From contig CACHYW010000003.1 of assembly GCA_902584215.1 (NCBI GenBank), forward strand, positions 8,498 through 72,497: 64,000 nucleotides of DNA. The letters run 5' to 3'. A program made the position numbers and the translations under genes. The notes under the pieces are model-generated. The model saw nothing but the letters and a program-made list of their open reading frames with translations. It was not told the DNA's origin and did not search any database. Position 1 is the stretch's first letter. Each line of letters opens with the position of its first letter. Below, piece by piece: positions 50,057 through 59,084 of the stretch. The stretch is from an uncultured Pelagibacteraceae bacterium. Its GTDB lineage: Bacteria > Pseudomonadota > Alphaproteobacteria > Pelagibacterales > AG-422-B15.

Positions 50057-50835
50057 ATACTTTATTGAAAGTTGAAAAAATCTCGGTTTCATTTGATGGC
50101 TTTAAAGCTATTAATAGTTTGAGTTACAGCATTGGTAAAAATGAACTCAAAGCGATTATTGGACCTAATGGAGCTGGAAAAACTACCTTTATGGATATAA
50201 TTACGGGCCAAACTAAACCAGATGAAGGTAAAGTGTTATTTGGTGAACGAAGCGTATGGCTTGAAAGTGATCAAAAATATCAAGTCGTTTGGGATGAAAA
50301 TCTCCTAATGAAGAGTGAGTCTCAAATAGCATTACTAGGTATAGGAAGAAAATTTCAACGTCCTACTGTATTTGAACTAAAAACAGTATTCGAAAATTTA
50401 TTTATATCCATGAAGAAAAATAGAAGTCCTTTCAGTGTTTTATTCCAAAAATTAAATAGAGATGAAAAAAATCTAATAGAAAAAATACTAGGTGAAATTA
50501 GTCTTAAAAATGAACAAGATAGAATTGCTGGTGAGTTATCACACGGTCAAAAGCAGTGGTTAGAAATAGGAATGCTATTAACTCAAGAACCAAAACTATT
50601 ATTAATTGATGAACCAGCAGCTGGAATGACTTCTAATGAAAGAAGACAGACAGTTGAGATTCTAAAAAAATTATCTGCAGATAAATCAGTTATTGTTGTT
50701 GAGCATGATATGGAATTTGTAAAAGATCTTGAATGTGAGGTTACTGTATTGCATGAAGGTTCAATTCTTTCAGAGGGTTCTATAGAACACGTGTCCTCTA
50801 ATAATGAAGTAATTGAGGTATATCTAGGAAGATAG
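50053..50835 (+). CDS. urtD: Urea ABC transporter ATP-binding protein UrtD
   Basis: GPNGAGKT, LSHGQKQWLEIGM, VYLGR. Confidence 0.94.
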   Translation: MNTLLKVEKISVSFDGFKAINSLSYSIGKNELKAIIGPNGAGKTTFMDIITGQTKPDEGKVLFGERSVWLESDQKYQVVWDENLLMKSESQIALLGIGRKFQRPTVFELKTVFENLFISMKKNRSPFSVLFQKLNRDEKNLIEKILGEISLKNEQDRIAGELSHGQKQWLEIGMLLTQEPKLLLIDEPAAGMTSNERRQTVEILKKLSADKSVIVVEHDMEFVKDLECEVTVLHEGSILSEGSIEHVSSNNEVIEVYLGR

Positions 50836-50837
50836 TC

Positions 50838-51533
50838 ATGATTGATATAAGTAATTTAAATTTTTACTATGGTTCTTCTCAAATATTATTTGACGTTTCA
50901 CTCAAAGCGAAAAATAAAGAAATTACTTGTTTAATGGGTTCAAACGGAGTTGGTAAAACATCTTTATTAAAGTTTTTATCAGGAATCTATCCTTCAAAGT
51001 CAGGAAATTATCTTTTTGAAGGGGATAATGTAACTAACTTTAGCTCCCACCAACTTGCCAAGAGAGGAGTAGGGTATGTTCCCCAAGGCCGTTTTATATT
51101 TCCATTATTATCTGTAAAAGAGAATTTAGAAACTGGTTTTGCATGTTTAAAACGTGATGAACATTTCATACCTGATGAAATTTTCGATCTTTTTCCAGTA
51201 TTGAAACAAATGATAAATAGAAGAGGTGGAGATTTATCAGGAGGTCAACAACAGCAATTAGCAATTGCAAGAGCAATGATTTCAAAACCAAAATTACTAC
51301 TTATGGATGAACCAACCGAAGGGATACAGCCAAACATCATCCAGCAAATTGGAGAAGTCATAAAATATTTAAAAGATGAGCAGGGAATGACCATACTATT
51401 AGTTGAGCAATATTTTGATTTTGCATTTGATTTAGCAGATTATATCTATGTCATGAAAAGAGGAAAAATTATTACTGAATCAAAGAAAGAGAGCCTGGAT
51501 AAATTGTCGTTTAAAAATGAAGTATCAATTTGA
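50838..51533 (+). CDS. urtE: Urea ABC transporter ATP-binding protein UrtE
   Basis: GSNGVGKT, LSGGQQQQLAI, DEPTEGIQP. Confidence 0.94.
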   Translation: MIDISNLNFYYGSSQILFDVSLKAKNKEITCLMGSNGVGKTSLLKFLSGIYPSKSGNYLFEGDNVTNFSSHQLAKRGVGYVPQGRFIFPLLSVKENLETGFACLKRDEHFIPDEIFDLFPVLKQMINRRGGDLSGGQQQQLAIARAMISKPKLLLMDEPTEGIQPNIIQQIGEVIKYLKDEQGMTILLVEQYFDFAFDLADYIYVMKRGKIITESKKESLDKLSFKNEVSI

Positions 51534-53564
51534 GTCTCTAGTTAGGCAAAGTAAAAAGGCATTATCGAGAGCACTCTCCTCCAAAGCATTTAATCGTCCA
51601 CTTTTACCGGCATGACCACCTACTAAATTCATCTTCATTAATATTGGATTATATGAAGTACTATTTTCTCTTAGTTTTGGAACATATTTTGCTGGTTCGT
51701 AATACTGAACTTGAGAGTCATAAAGGCTGGATGTGACTAAGACCGCAGGATAATTTGATGGTTTAATGTTATCGTAGGGCGAATAACTCTTAATATAATT
51801 ATACTCATCTTCATTTGCTGGATTGCCCCATTCTTTATATTCAAAAGTAGTTAGGGGAATTGTTTCATCTGACATTGTAGTCACTACATCCACAAAAGGA
51901 ACTGCTGATATAATACCTGAATATAATTCTGGCTCCATATTAATGATTGCTCCCATTAAAAGACCACCAGCACTTCCACCCATTGCATACACATTTTTAG
52001 CATTGCCATACCCTTGCTTGATTAGTGATTTTGTTGCATCAATAAAATCATAAAAGGTGTTCTTTTTATTAAAGATTTTACCATCATCGTACCACTGCCG
52101 ACCCATTTCGGAACCACCTCTGATATTGGCGACAGCAAAAACGAAACCCCGATTGAGTAGGGGTAAGATAGACGTTCTAAAAGCTGCATCAATTATAATG
52201 CCATAAGAACCATAGCCATAAATAAGGATAGGAGCTTGAGATAAGTCAGTTCCTTTTTTATATACAAGTGATACAGGAACTTTTGTATCATCACGGGCAG
52301 TAATTTTAAGTCTTTCCACCTCATATAAATTTTCATCGTAATTGTTTACAGGCTGCTGCCATGCCAATTCACTCTTACCTGACTCAATATCTTCTTTAAA
52401 TATTGAACTAGGTTTCTTTGGACTAGAATACCCATAGTAAAATTCAGTATCAAGGTATTCATTATTGGTTGCTAAATAACAAGAAAAGGCAGGGTCACTA
52501 AATTTAATATAATTCCTATCGAGTGTTTCTCTGTTAATTTTTACTATCTTGGGCAGACCGTCCTCTCTTATCTCTAAATAAAGATATTGAGGAAAAGCGA
52601 CAAAATCTTCAATTAAAATGGCATCATTATGCTCAACAACAGTTTGCCAACTATTAAAATTATTAATTTGATCTATGGTAAATGTTAAAATTGAGAAATT
52701 TTTTTTATTTTCTGCATTACTGCTGACATAAAAACACTCTGGTGTGTCTTCAATGGAATAAAGATGCTTATCGGAACGTTTGAGTACACAAAACGGTTGA
52801 CCGAGTTCATCATCTAGATCAAGTAACCATGTCTCTGAAGACTCAGTTTTACTAGTATAGATATTTAAATATTTTTTTGTACGTGATTCATAAATATGAA
52901 GATGAAACTCTGAGTCATTTTCCTCATAGATAAGAACATCTTCTTTTGGATCGGTTCCAATTTTGTGCTTAAAAACCTTATTTTCTATCAAAGTAACAGG
53001 ATCTTTTTGAGCATAGTAAAATGAAGTATTCTTCTTGTCCCAAACAATGCTCCCAGAGCTCCTCTCAACTTTACTGTCTATAATTTTGCCAGTCGTTAGA
53101 TCTTTAACTTTTATGTTGTATTCTCTTCGACCCGATAGATCTTCTGCATAAGCAATTAAAAGATTATTTGGCGATGGCGTTATTGATGTAATATTTATAT
53201 AATCTAAGCCCTCAGCCAGCGCATTCACATCAATAACTAACTCTTTATTCCCATTGAGCTCTCGATAGTATGTTTTATATTGCTGTTCAGAGTTAATTTC
53301 TGAGTAATACAGATAATCCCCGTATTTAATTTTTATTGAAACTTCTTTTGGTGGTATGAAACTAACTAATTCATCATAAATTTCTTTACGACAATCATTA
53401 TTTTTTTCAAACCAATCTTCTAAGTAATTATTTTCTTCCTCTAAATAAGAAATAATTTCTGGATCTTTACGCGTATCATCTCTGAGCCAGTAATAATTAT
53501 CAATACGTTCATCGCCATGTGCAATATGGATTTTAGGAATTTTTTTTGGCTGAGGAGGTTTCAT
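51525..53564 (-). CDS. ptrB: Oligopeptidase B (S9A)
   Basis: DNYYWLRD, YGYGSYG, GGSAGG nucleophile, VPFVDV, GGH. Confidence 0.93.
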   Translation of the reverse strand: MKPPQPKKIPKIHIAHGDERIDNYYWLRDDTRKDPEIISYLEEENNYLEDWFEKNNDCRKEIYDELVSFIPPKEVSIKIKYGDYLYYSEINSEQQYKTYYRELNGNKELVIDVNALAEGLDYINITSITPSPNNLLIAYAEDLSGRREYNIKVKDLTTGKIIDSKVERSSGSIVWDKKNTSFYYAQKDPVTLIENKVFKHKIGTDPKEDVLIYEENDSEFHLHIYESRTKKYLNIYTSKTESSETWLLDLDDELGQPFCVLKRSDKHLYSIEDTPECFYVSSNAENKKNFSILTFTIDQINNFNSWQTVVEHNDAILIEDFVAFPQYLYLEIREDGLPKIVKINRETLDRNYIKFSDPAFSCYLATNNEYLDTEFYYGYSSPKKPSSIFKEDIESGKSELAWQQPVNNYDENLYEVERLKITARDDTKVPVSLVYKKGTDLSQAPILIYGYGSYGIIIDAAFRTSILPLLNRGFVFAVANIRGGSEMGRQWYDDGKIFNKKNTFYDFIDATKSLIKQGYGNAKNVYAMGGSAGGLLMGAIINMEPELYSGIISAVPFVDVVTTMSDETIPLTTFEYKEWGNPANEDEYNYIKSYSPYDNIKPSNYPAVLVTSSLYDSQVQYYEPAKYVPKLRENSTSYNPILMKMNLVGGHAGKSGRLNALEESALDNAFLLCLTRDSN

Positions 53565-53601
53565 TATTTTCTAATATACTACTAACAGTTTTTCAATTTT
53601 A

Positions 53602-53675
53602 TGGTGCCCCCAACCTGTACTGACCAGGTATCTACGCATTACCAATGCGTTGCACTACCATTGTGCTATGGGGGC
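53602..53675 (-). tRNA. tRNA-Thr(GGT) with encoded CCA and atypical T-loop
   Basis: Cloverleaf: acceptor GCCCCCA/TGGGGGC + ACCA; D stem GCAC/GTGC; anticodon stem ACGCA/TGCGT with loop TTGGTAA; T stem ACCTG/CAGGT. Confidence 0.92.
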
Positions 53676-53697
53676 TATGTGATATGGTTAATCAGAT

Positions 53698-54582
53698 TTA
53701 TCCTTTTAAAACAGACTTTATGGTATCCCCAATAACTGACGGGTTTTTTGATATAGTAACACCGGACTCTTTTAAGAGTTCAACTTTTTCAACTGCACTT
53801 TCTCCGTATGCTGAAACAATAGCACCAGCGTGACCCATCACTCTACCTTTTGGGGCAGTTAGTCCTGCAATATACGCGACTACTGGTTTTTTCATGTTTT
53901 CTTTTGCAAATTTGCCTGCATCCACTTCTTGAGGTCCACCAATTTCACCAATCATCAATATAATATCGGTATCAGGATCTTCTTCAAACCGAGCTAGTAT
54001 ATCCCTGAACGAACTTCCATTAATCGGATCTCCGCCAATGCCTACGCTAGTTGAAACACCAATATCTAGCTCTTTCATTTGTGATGCAGCTTCATAGCCC
54101 AGTGTTCCTGATCGGCCAACAATGCCAACATTTCCTTTTTTATAAATATGTCCTGGCATTATGCCTAGCATTGATTTGCCAGGGCTAATTATACCTGCGC
54201 AGTTAGGACCGATCATCGTCATTTTTTCAGATTTTGCATATCTTCGCATATACCTCTTCACTTTAATCATGTCGTGAGAGGGTATTCCGTCAGTTATCGC
54301 AACACATACTTTGATACCTGCATCAGCTGCTTCCATAGCAGAGTCCGCAGCATAACTTGGTGGAACAAATAAGATACTTGCTTCAGCATCTGTTTCTTTT
54401 ACTGCATCTTTAACGGTATTGAAAACAGGAAGGCCAAGATGTGTTGATCCCCCTTTGCCAGGAGTAACACCTCCAACAACGTTAGATCCGTAATCAATCA
54501 TTTCTTGCGCATGAAAACTTCCTATTTTACCAGTGAAGCCCTGGACAATTATTTTAGTATTTTCATCAATCAATATAGACAT
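53698..54582 (-). CDS. mtkB: Malate-CoA ligase-type (succinyl-CoA synthetase family) alpha subunit
   Basis: [21 protein letters not shown] phospho-His; KRYMRRY and [14 protein letters not shown] recall MtkB rather than canonical SucD. Confidence 0.75.
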   Translation of the reverse strand: MSILIDENTKIIVQGFTGKIGSFHAQEMIDYGSNVVGGVTPGKGGSTHLGLPVFNTVKDAVKETDAEASILFVPPSYAADSAMEAADAGIKVCVAITDGIPSHDMIKVKRYMRRYAKSEKMTMIGPNCAGIISPGKSMLGIMPGHIYKKGNVGIVGRSGTLGYEAASQMKELDIGVSTSVGIGGDPINGSSFRDILARFEEDPDTDIILMIGEIGGPQEVDAGKFAKENMKKPVVAYIAGLTAPKGRVMGHAGAIVSAYGESAVEKVELLKESGVTISKNPSVIGDTIKSVLKG

Positions 54583-55757
54583 TATTTTACTTCAATCTTT
54601 TTTAACGCTTCAACAGCCCTAGAAGCAGCTTGTTTAAGAGAATGGGCTTCAATGTAATTAATATTGCTTTCTTTTAAGATCTTATTGCCCTTTTCAACAT
54701 TTGTGCCAGCCAACCTAATTACAAGGGGCATGTCTATTTTTATTGTTTGAAGTGCTTGAACTATTCCCTCAGCAACCCAATCACATCTGTTAATGCCAGC
54801 GAATATATTCACTAAAATAACTTTTACTTTTTCATCAGATGAAACAAGCTTGAAAGCTTTTACAATTTTTTCTGGCGTTGCTCCTCCCCCAATATCAAGG
54901 AAGTTTGCAGGCTCTCCTCCAGCAGACTTAATCATATCCATTGACGCCATTGCCAATCCTGCGCCGTTAATAATATTTCCTATATTTCCATCAAGTCCAA
55001 CGTAATTTAAACCTCTATCGCTTGCATATACTTCACTTGGATTTTCTTGAGATTTATCTCTTAATTCCGCAACATCATTTCTTCTAAACAATGCATTATT
55101 ATCAAAACTCATTTTGCAATCTAAAGCTAAGACATGTTTATCTTTTGTAATTACTAAAGGGTTAACTTCTACCATAGTTGCATCTAGTTCACTAAATGCT
55201 CTATAACAACCCTCAATTACCTCAGCAGTTCTTGAGATAAGACCTGTTTCAACACCAAGGTTAAATGCAATTTCTCTTGCTTGAAATTCCTGTATGCCAA
55301 CCGCGGCTTCTATTTTTGACCTTATTATTGTTTCTGGTTTTTTATTTGATATCTCTTCAACACTCATTCCACCTTCAGTAGACGCAACAACCATTATACA
55401 TTCAGAGCCTCTATCAAAAACAAGTCCTAAATAAAGTTCTCTTTCAATATCAGAGGCTTCTTCTATATAAACTCTATTGATAATTTTTCCTGAAGGACCT
55501 GTTTGATTTGTAATAAGTTTTTTTCCAAGCAGCTTATCCGCAGCACGTGCAACTTCTAGAGCATCGTTGCAAACGATTATTCCTCCAGCTTTACCTCTTG
55601 CGCCAGAGTGAACTTGTGCTTTTACAACCCAACGAGAACCACCAATTTCTTTTGCCTTATATTCTGCATTTTCAGGACTATAGGCGATACCTCCCCTTGG
55701 AATTCCAATTCCAAAGTCAGATAAAATTTTTTTTGCTTGGTATTCATGTATATCCAT
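54582..55757 (-). CDS. mtkA: Malate-CoA ligase-type (succinyl-CoA synthetase family) beta subunit
   Basis: MDIHEYQAK, GARGKAGG, NGAGLAM, NIFAGINRCDWVAEG (Mtk-type; SucC has NIFGGI.RCD.IA). Confidence 0.78.
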   Translation of the reverse strand: MDIHEYQAKKILSDFGIGIPRGGIAYSPENAEYKAKEIGGSRWVVKAQVHSGARGKAGGIIVCNDALEVARAADKLLGKKLITNQTGPSGKIINRVYIEEASDIERELYLGLVFDRGSECIMVVASTEGGMSVEEISNKKPETIIRSKIEAAVGIQEFQAREIAFNLGVETGLISRTAEVIEGCYRAFSELDATMVEVNPLVITKDKHVLALDCKMSFDNNALFRRNDVAELRDKSQENPSEVYASDRGLNYVGLDGNIGNIINGAGLAMASMDMIKSAGGEPANFLDIGGGATPEKIVKAFKLVSSDEKVKVILVNIFAGINRCDWVAEGIVQALQTIKIDMPLVIRLAGTNVEKGNKILKESNINYIEAHSLKQAASRAVEALKKIEVK

Positions 55758-55853
55758 CTTATCCCCCAAAAAATTCTACTATAATAAAAAAGTAATGTCC
55801 TGAGATTAATATTATTTTATTTGTTACCCTCCAATTACAATTCCTTCGCTTTG

Positions 55854-56219
55854 TTAGATATTTTGATCTTGGTAAGTAATGCCAGACAAAAAAACAATTT
55901 TCCAATCGTTTCCTTTTTTGAATAAAGCATAAAATCCAGATATAGACTCAACATATTCCTCGCTTTTATTAAATCTCTTTGCATTTCTTAGAATTACGTG
56001 GGCTTGATTTTCTGTCTCTTTGATGACTTCTACTTCAATATCTTCAGTTTTACCCAAATTGGAAGATTTTTTCATTTGTTCCATTGGCGATTCATTAACA
56101 GAGATGATATTGCCGTTAACGTTCATATATAATGGATATGCAAAAAAGTTTTTTAATGATTCAAAATCATCATTGTTAAAATGTTTTAAATAAAGATTGA
56201 TAAATTCTAATGCCTTCAT
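55854..56219 (-). CDS. Hypothetical protein, NTF2/SnoaL-like fold
   Basis: YLKHFNNDDFESL..FFAYP start and GNDWKIV end. Confidence 0.55.
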   Translation of the reverse strand: MKALEFINLYLKHFNNDDFESLKNFFAYPLYMNVNGNIISVNESPMEQMKKSSNLGKTEDIEVEVIKETENQAHVILRNAKRFNKSEEYVESISGFYALFKKGNDWKIVFLSGITYQDQNI

Positions 56220-56251
56220 GTTTATTTTTAAATCATACCTTTCTATTTATG

Positions 56252-58045
56252 CTATTGTCCACTTAAAGCTATTCCTTCACGTCGTGGATCAGATCCACCT
56301 TCTAAATTATCTCCAATATAAATTGTATTTAAACCAGAGAAATATTTCTTTATCTTGGTATCATATCCCATAGATGACAAACTCTCTTTAAGTATCTGAG
56401 CATTTTTTGATTCTTCAATATCGTATGTTCCCCACCGATTAATTGCGTGAGGCAAAGATACAGATTGTTGTACATTCATATCCCAATCAATAAGGGAAAT
56501 AAGATGGTTTGCAACGAACCCAATGATGTTACTGCCTCCAGGAGATCCAGTAATGTATATTGGTTTTCCTTCCTTTAAGACAATTGTTGGTGACATAGAG
56601 GATCGTGGACGTTTACCTGGTTCTAATCTATTAGAAATTAATTTCCCATCAATTTCATCACGAAAAGAAAAATCTGTCAGTTGGTTATTTAATAAAAACC
56701 CACTTTTCGTTAACAATCTAGATCCAAAAGCATTTTCTATTGAAGAAGTCATAGATAACGCATTCCCATATTTATCATAAATTGATATATGGGTTGTTGA
56801 TTGTAGCTCAAGTGAATTATCATCTGCATAATTGTATGTAAATTCTTGAGAAGGGTTTCCAGCTTCAATATTTTCTGTCCTTGTTCCTAATTTTATTTTC
56901 TTTGATCTTTTTTTTAAATATTCATGATCAAGTAAACCTTTCAGGGGAACTTCAACAAAATCACTGTCTGCTAAATATCTATCTCGATCAGCAAATGCTA
57001 ACCGGCTTGCATCACCAATCACCTGCCATGATTTAGGATCTTCGTAGCCGAGTAATTTTAAGTTAAATTCTTCAAGAATTTTTAATATTTGTGCAACTGC
57101 GACACCCCCTGATGAAGGTGGACCCATACCACAAACATTATGTTCTCTATAACTTATGCACACTGGATCGCGTTCTATTACAGCATAATTTTCTAAATCA
57201 CTATTTTTTAGAAACCCAGGATTTTCAGAATAGTTTTGAACTGTATTTACAATGTCATCAGCAATTTCTCCCTTATAGAAATTTTCAATACCAGCTATAG
57301 AAATTTTTTTTAACGTTTCAGCATAAGCTCTATTCGTTACTAATTGTTTATATTTAAGATTATTTCCATCAGGTAAAAAGTAATCAGATGTTTGACTACT
57401 TTTTTTTAGTCTATCCGAGTCTCTATCAATTGATGACGCCAACTTCTTAGATACGGGAAAACCATTTTCCCCAAGATTTATTGCAGCGGTAAATAGACTT
57501 GACCACTTTAATTTTCCCCATTTTTTATGTGCTTTGAACATTAATGCAGGTGTACCTGGCGTCCCTACGGAAAGACCGCCAATGACAGCGTCAAAAAATT
57601 TTTTAGTCTCTCCACTTTCGTTTTGAAACTGAGTTGCATAAGACTCTCTTGGTGCAGTCTCCCGTCCGTCTAATGTAGTAACTTTATTGGTTTTGTTATC
57701 GTACCAAATTAAGAAACTTCCACCACCAAGACCAGACGACTCTGGCTCAACTAATCCTAAAACTGCTTGTGCGGCTATCATTGCATCTGCAGCTGTTCCA
57801 CCTTCCTCAAGAATTTCAGCTCCTGCTGCAGAAGCGTAAGAATTTGCTGTCACAATCATCCAGTCTTTCCCTGAAACTGGAACCATATCTTTTTTGGCCT
57901 GCATGGAGGCATTTATTTGTTCAGTATTTAAGTCCTCATAATCAATAATAAACGTTTCTGGGCTAATTAGATCAGAGAGATCCTCGGCGAAAGAATTAAG
58001 GATAGGTAAAAAAGATAATACAATAAGAGAAATTAGTTTCTTCAA
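56252..58045 (-). CDS. ggt: Gamma-glutamyltransferase
   Basis: SGLGGG, DGRETAP, PPSSGG, TTHISI catalytic Thr, PGKRPRSSMSP, GSPGG. Confidence 0.95.
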   Translation of the reverse strand: MKKLISLIVLSFLPILNSFAEDLSDLISPETFIIDYEDLNTEQINASMQAKKDMVPVSGKDWMIVTANSYASAAGAEILEEGGTAADAMIAAQAVLGLVEPESSGLGGGSFLIWYDNKTNKVTTLDGRETAPRESYATQFQNESGETKKFFDAVIGGLSVGTPGTPALMFKAHKKWGKLKWSSLFTAAINLGENGFPVSKKLASSIDRDSDRLKKSSQTSDYFLPDGNNLKYKQLVTNRAYAETLKKISIAGIENFYKGEIADDIVNTVQNYSENPGFLKNSDLENYAVIERDPVCISYREHNVCGMGPPSSGGVAVAQILKILEEFNLKLLGYEDPKSWQVIGDASRLAFADRDRYLADSDFVEVPLKGLLDHEYLKKRSKKIKLGTRTENIEAGNPSQEFTYNYADDNSLELQSTTHISIYDKYGNALSMTSSIENAFGSRLLTKSGFLLNNQLTDFSFRDEIDGKLISNRLEPGKRPRSSMSPTIVLKEGKPIYITGSPGGSNIIGFVANHLISLIDWDMNVQQSVSLPHAINRWGTYDIEESKNAQILKESLSSMGYDTKIKKYFSGLNTIYIGDNLEGGSDPRREGIALSGQ

Positions 58046-58447
58046 TTATTTTGAAAATTTTTCTTTAATTGGAGTTATATACATAAAGACCAGAGTAGCG
58101 CCTGCAAGTAATGAATCTATTGAATCTAACATTCCAAATAATCCTGTGCTTACATGTGGAGTTATCAGGTAGGATGCAACTAATAAAATTAAAGTCCATA
58201 AAAACATAGGTCTTCCAAGTGGTTTAAAAAAATAAATAAGAAAACATGAAACCCAATTAGTTATCAGTAAACCAATTCCAATAATAGCAGAGAAAATTAG
58301 CGCGCCATCTGACATATTGGCAATTGCTCCAGAAAAATAAGGTAGATAACTAATCTCTTCAGGAACTGGAAAAAAAATCTCTAATAAGACTAGAACTGGC
58401 AATAAAACTATCTGTATGAGAACAATCTGTTTAAACGTATTTTCCAT
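58046..58447 (-). CDS. Hypothetical 4-TM membrane protein
   Basis: Hydrophobic 133-aa ORF abutting the ggt start. Confidence 0.65.
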   Translation of the reverse strand: MENTFKQIVLIQIVLLPVLVLLEIFFPVPEEISYLPYFSGAIANMSDGALIFSAIIGIGLLITNWVSCFLIYFFKPLGRPMFLWTLILLVASYLITPHVSTGLFGMLDSIDSLLAGATLVFMYITPIKEKFSK

Positions 58448-58601
58448 AAACAGATAATACCATTTATAATTACAAAATAATGTAGTTAATTTCTGATAGT
58501 AATGGAGTTAATTTACCAGAATCAGTGGTTTTCTTAAAACTTTCGTTATTTAGGTATAAATAAATATCTATTGCTTATTTTGTGTGCTTAAATTTACTCG
58601 T

Positions 58602-59084
58602 ATGACAGACATATGGGACAAATATAGGCATTCTTCTCCACAAACTATCAACATGATAGGCATTATAATTTTATCATCAAAGATGGCAATGGCAGATGGT
58701 GATTTTAGTCCGATCGAAAAAGAAGAAATACTAAAAATTATTCCTCATAACCCTGAACAGAAATCATTATTGAGTAGGCTTATAAATGAAGCAGTTGAGG
58801 ACCCAAATGATATTTATTATCATGCACGTAGAGTAAAGAAATTGCTTGATGGAGAAAACTATGAATTTCTTGAATTTCTAATTGCAATTTTGTATCGAGT
58901 AGCACACGCAGATCATATCTTTGATGAAAGAGAAGAAAAACAAATAAGGCGTATAGCAGAAATATTTGAAATTAAAGAAAGTTATTTCAAGCGTATTGTT
59001 GAAACTCTCACAATGATACCTGGGAAAATCAAAAATATATTTTTAAAAATTCAATTAATTATTTTAAGAAAAAATAATGCCTAA
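58602..59084 (+). CDS. TerB-family (DjlA N-terminal-like) protein without J domain
   Basis: KMAMADGDFSPIEKEEI and VAHADHIFDEREEKQIRRIAEIF; no HPD motif. Confidence 0.8.
   Translation: MTDIWDKYRHSSPQTINMIGIIILSSKMAMADGDFSPIEKEEILKIIPHNPEQKSLLSRLINEAVEDPNDIYYHARRVKKLLDGENYEFLEFLIAILYRVAHADHIFDEREEKQIRRIAEIFEIKESYFKRIVETLTMIPGKIKNIFLKIQLIILRKNNA

Noticed and set aside
53602..53625. tRNA-anchored genomic island
   Set aside because: No integrase, and no duplicate of the tRNA 3' end noticed by eye.
53645..53833. 62-aa ORF
   Set aside because: Overlaps the tRNA and mtkB on the opposite strand.
58602..59084. Tellurite-resistance operon or djlA
   Set aside because: No other ter genes, and no J-domain or HPD motif.
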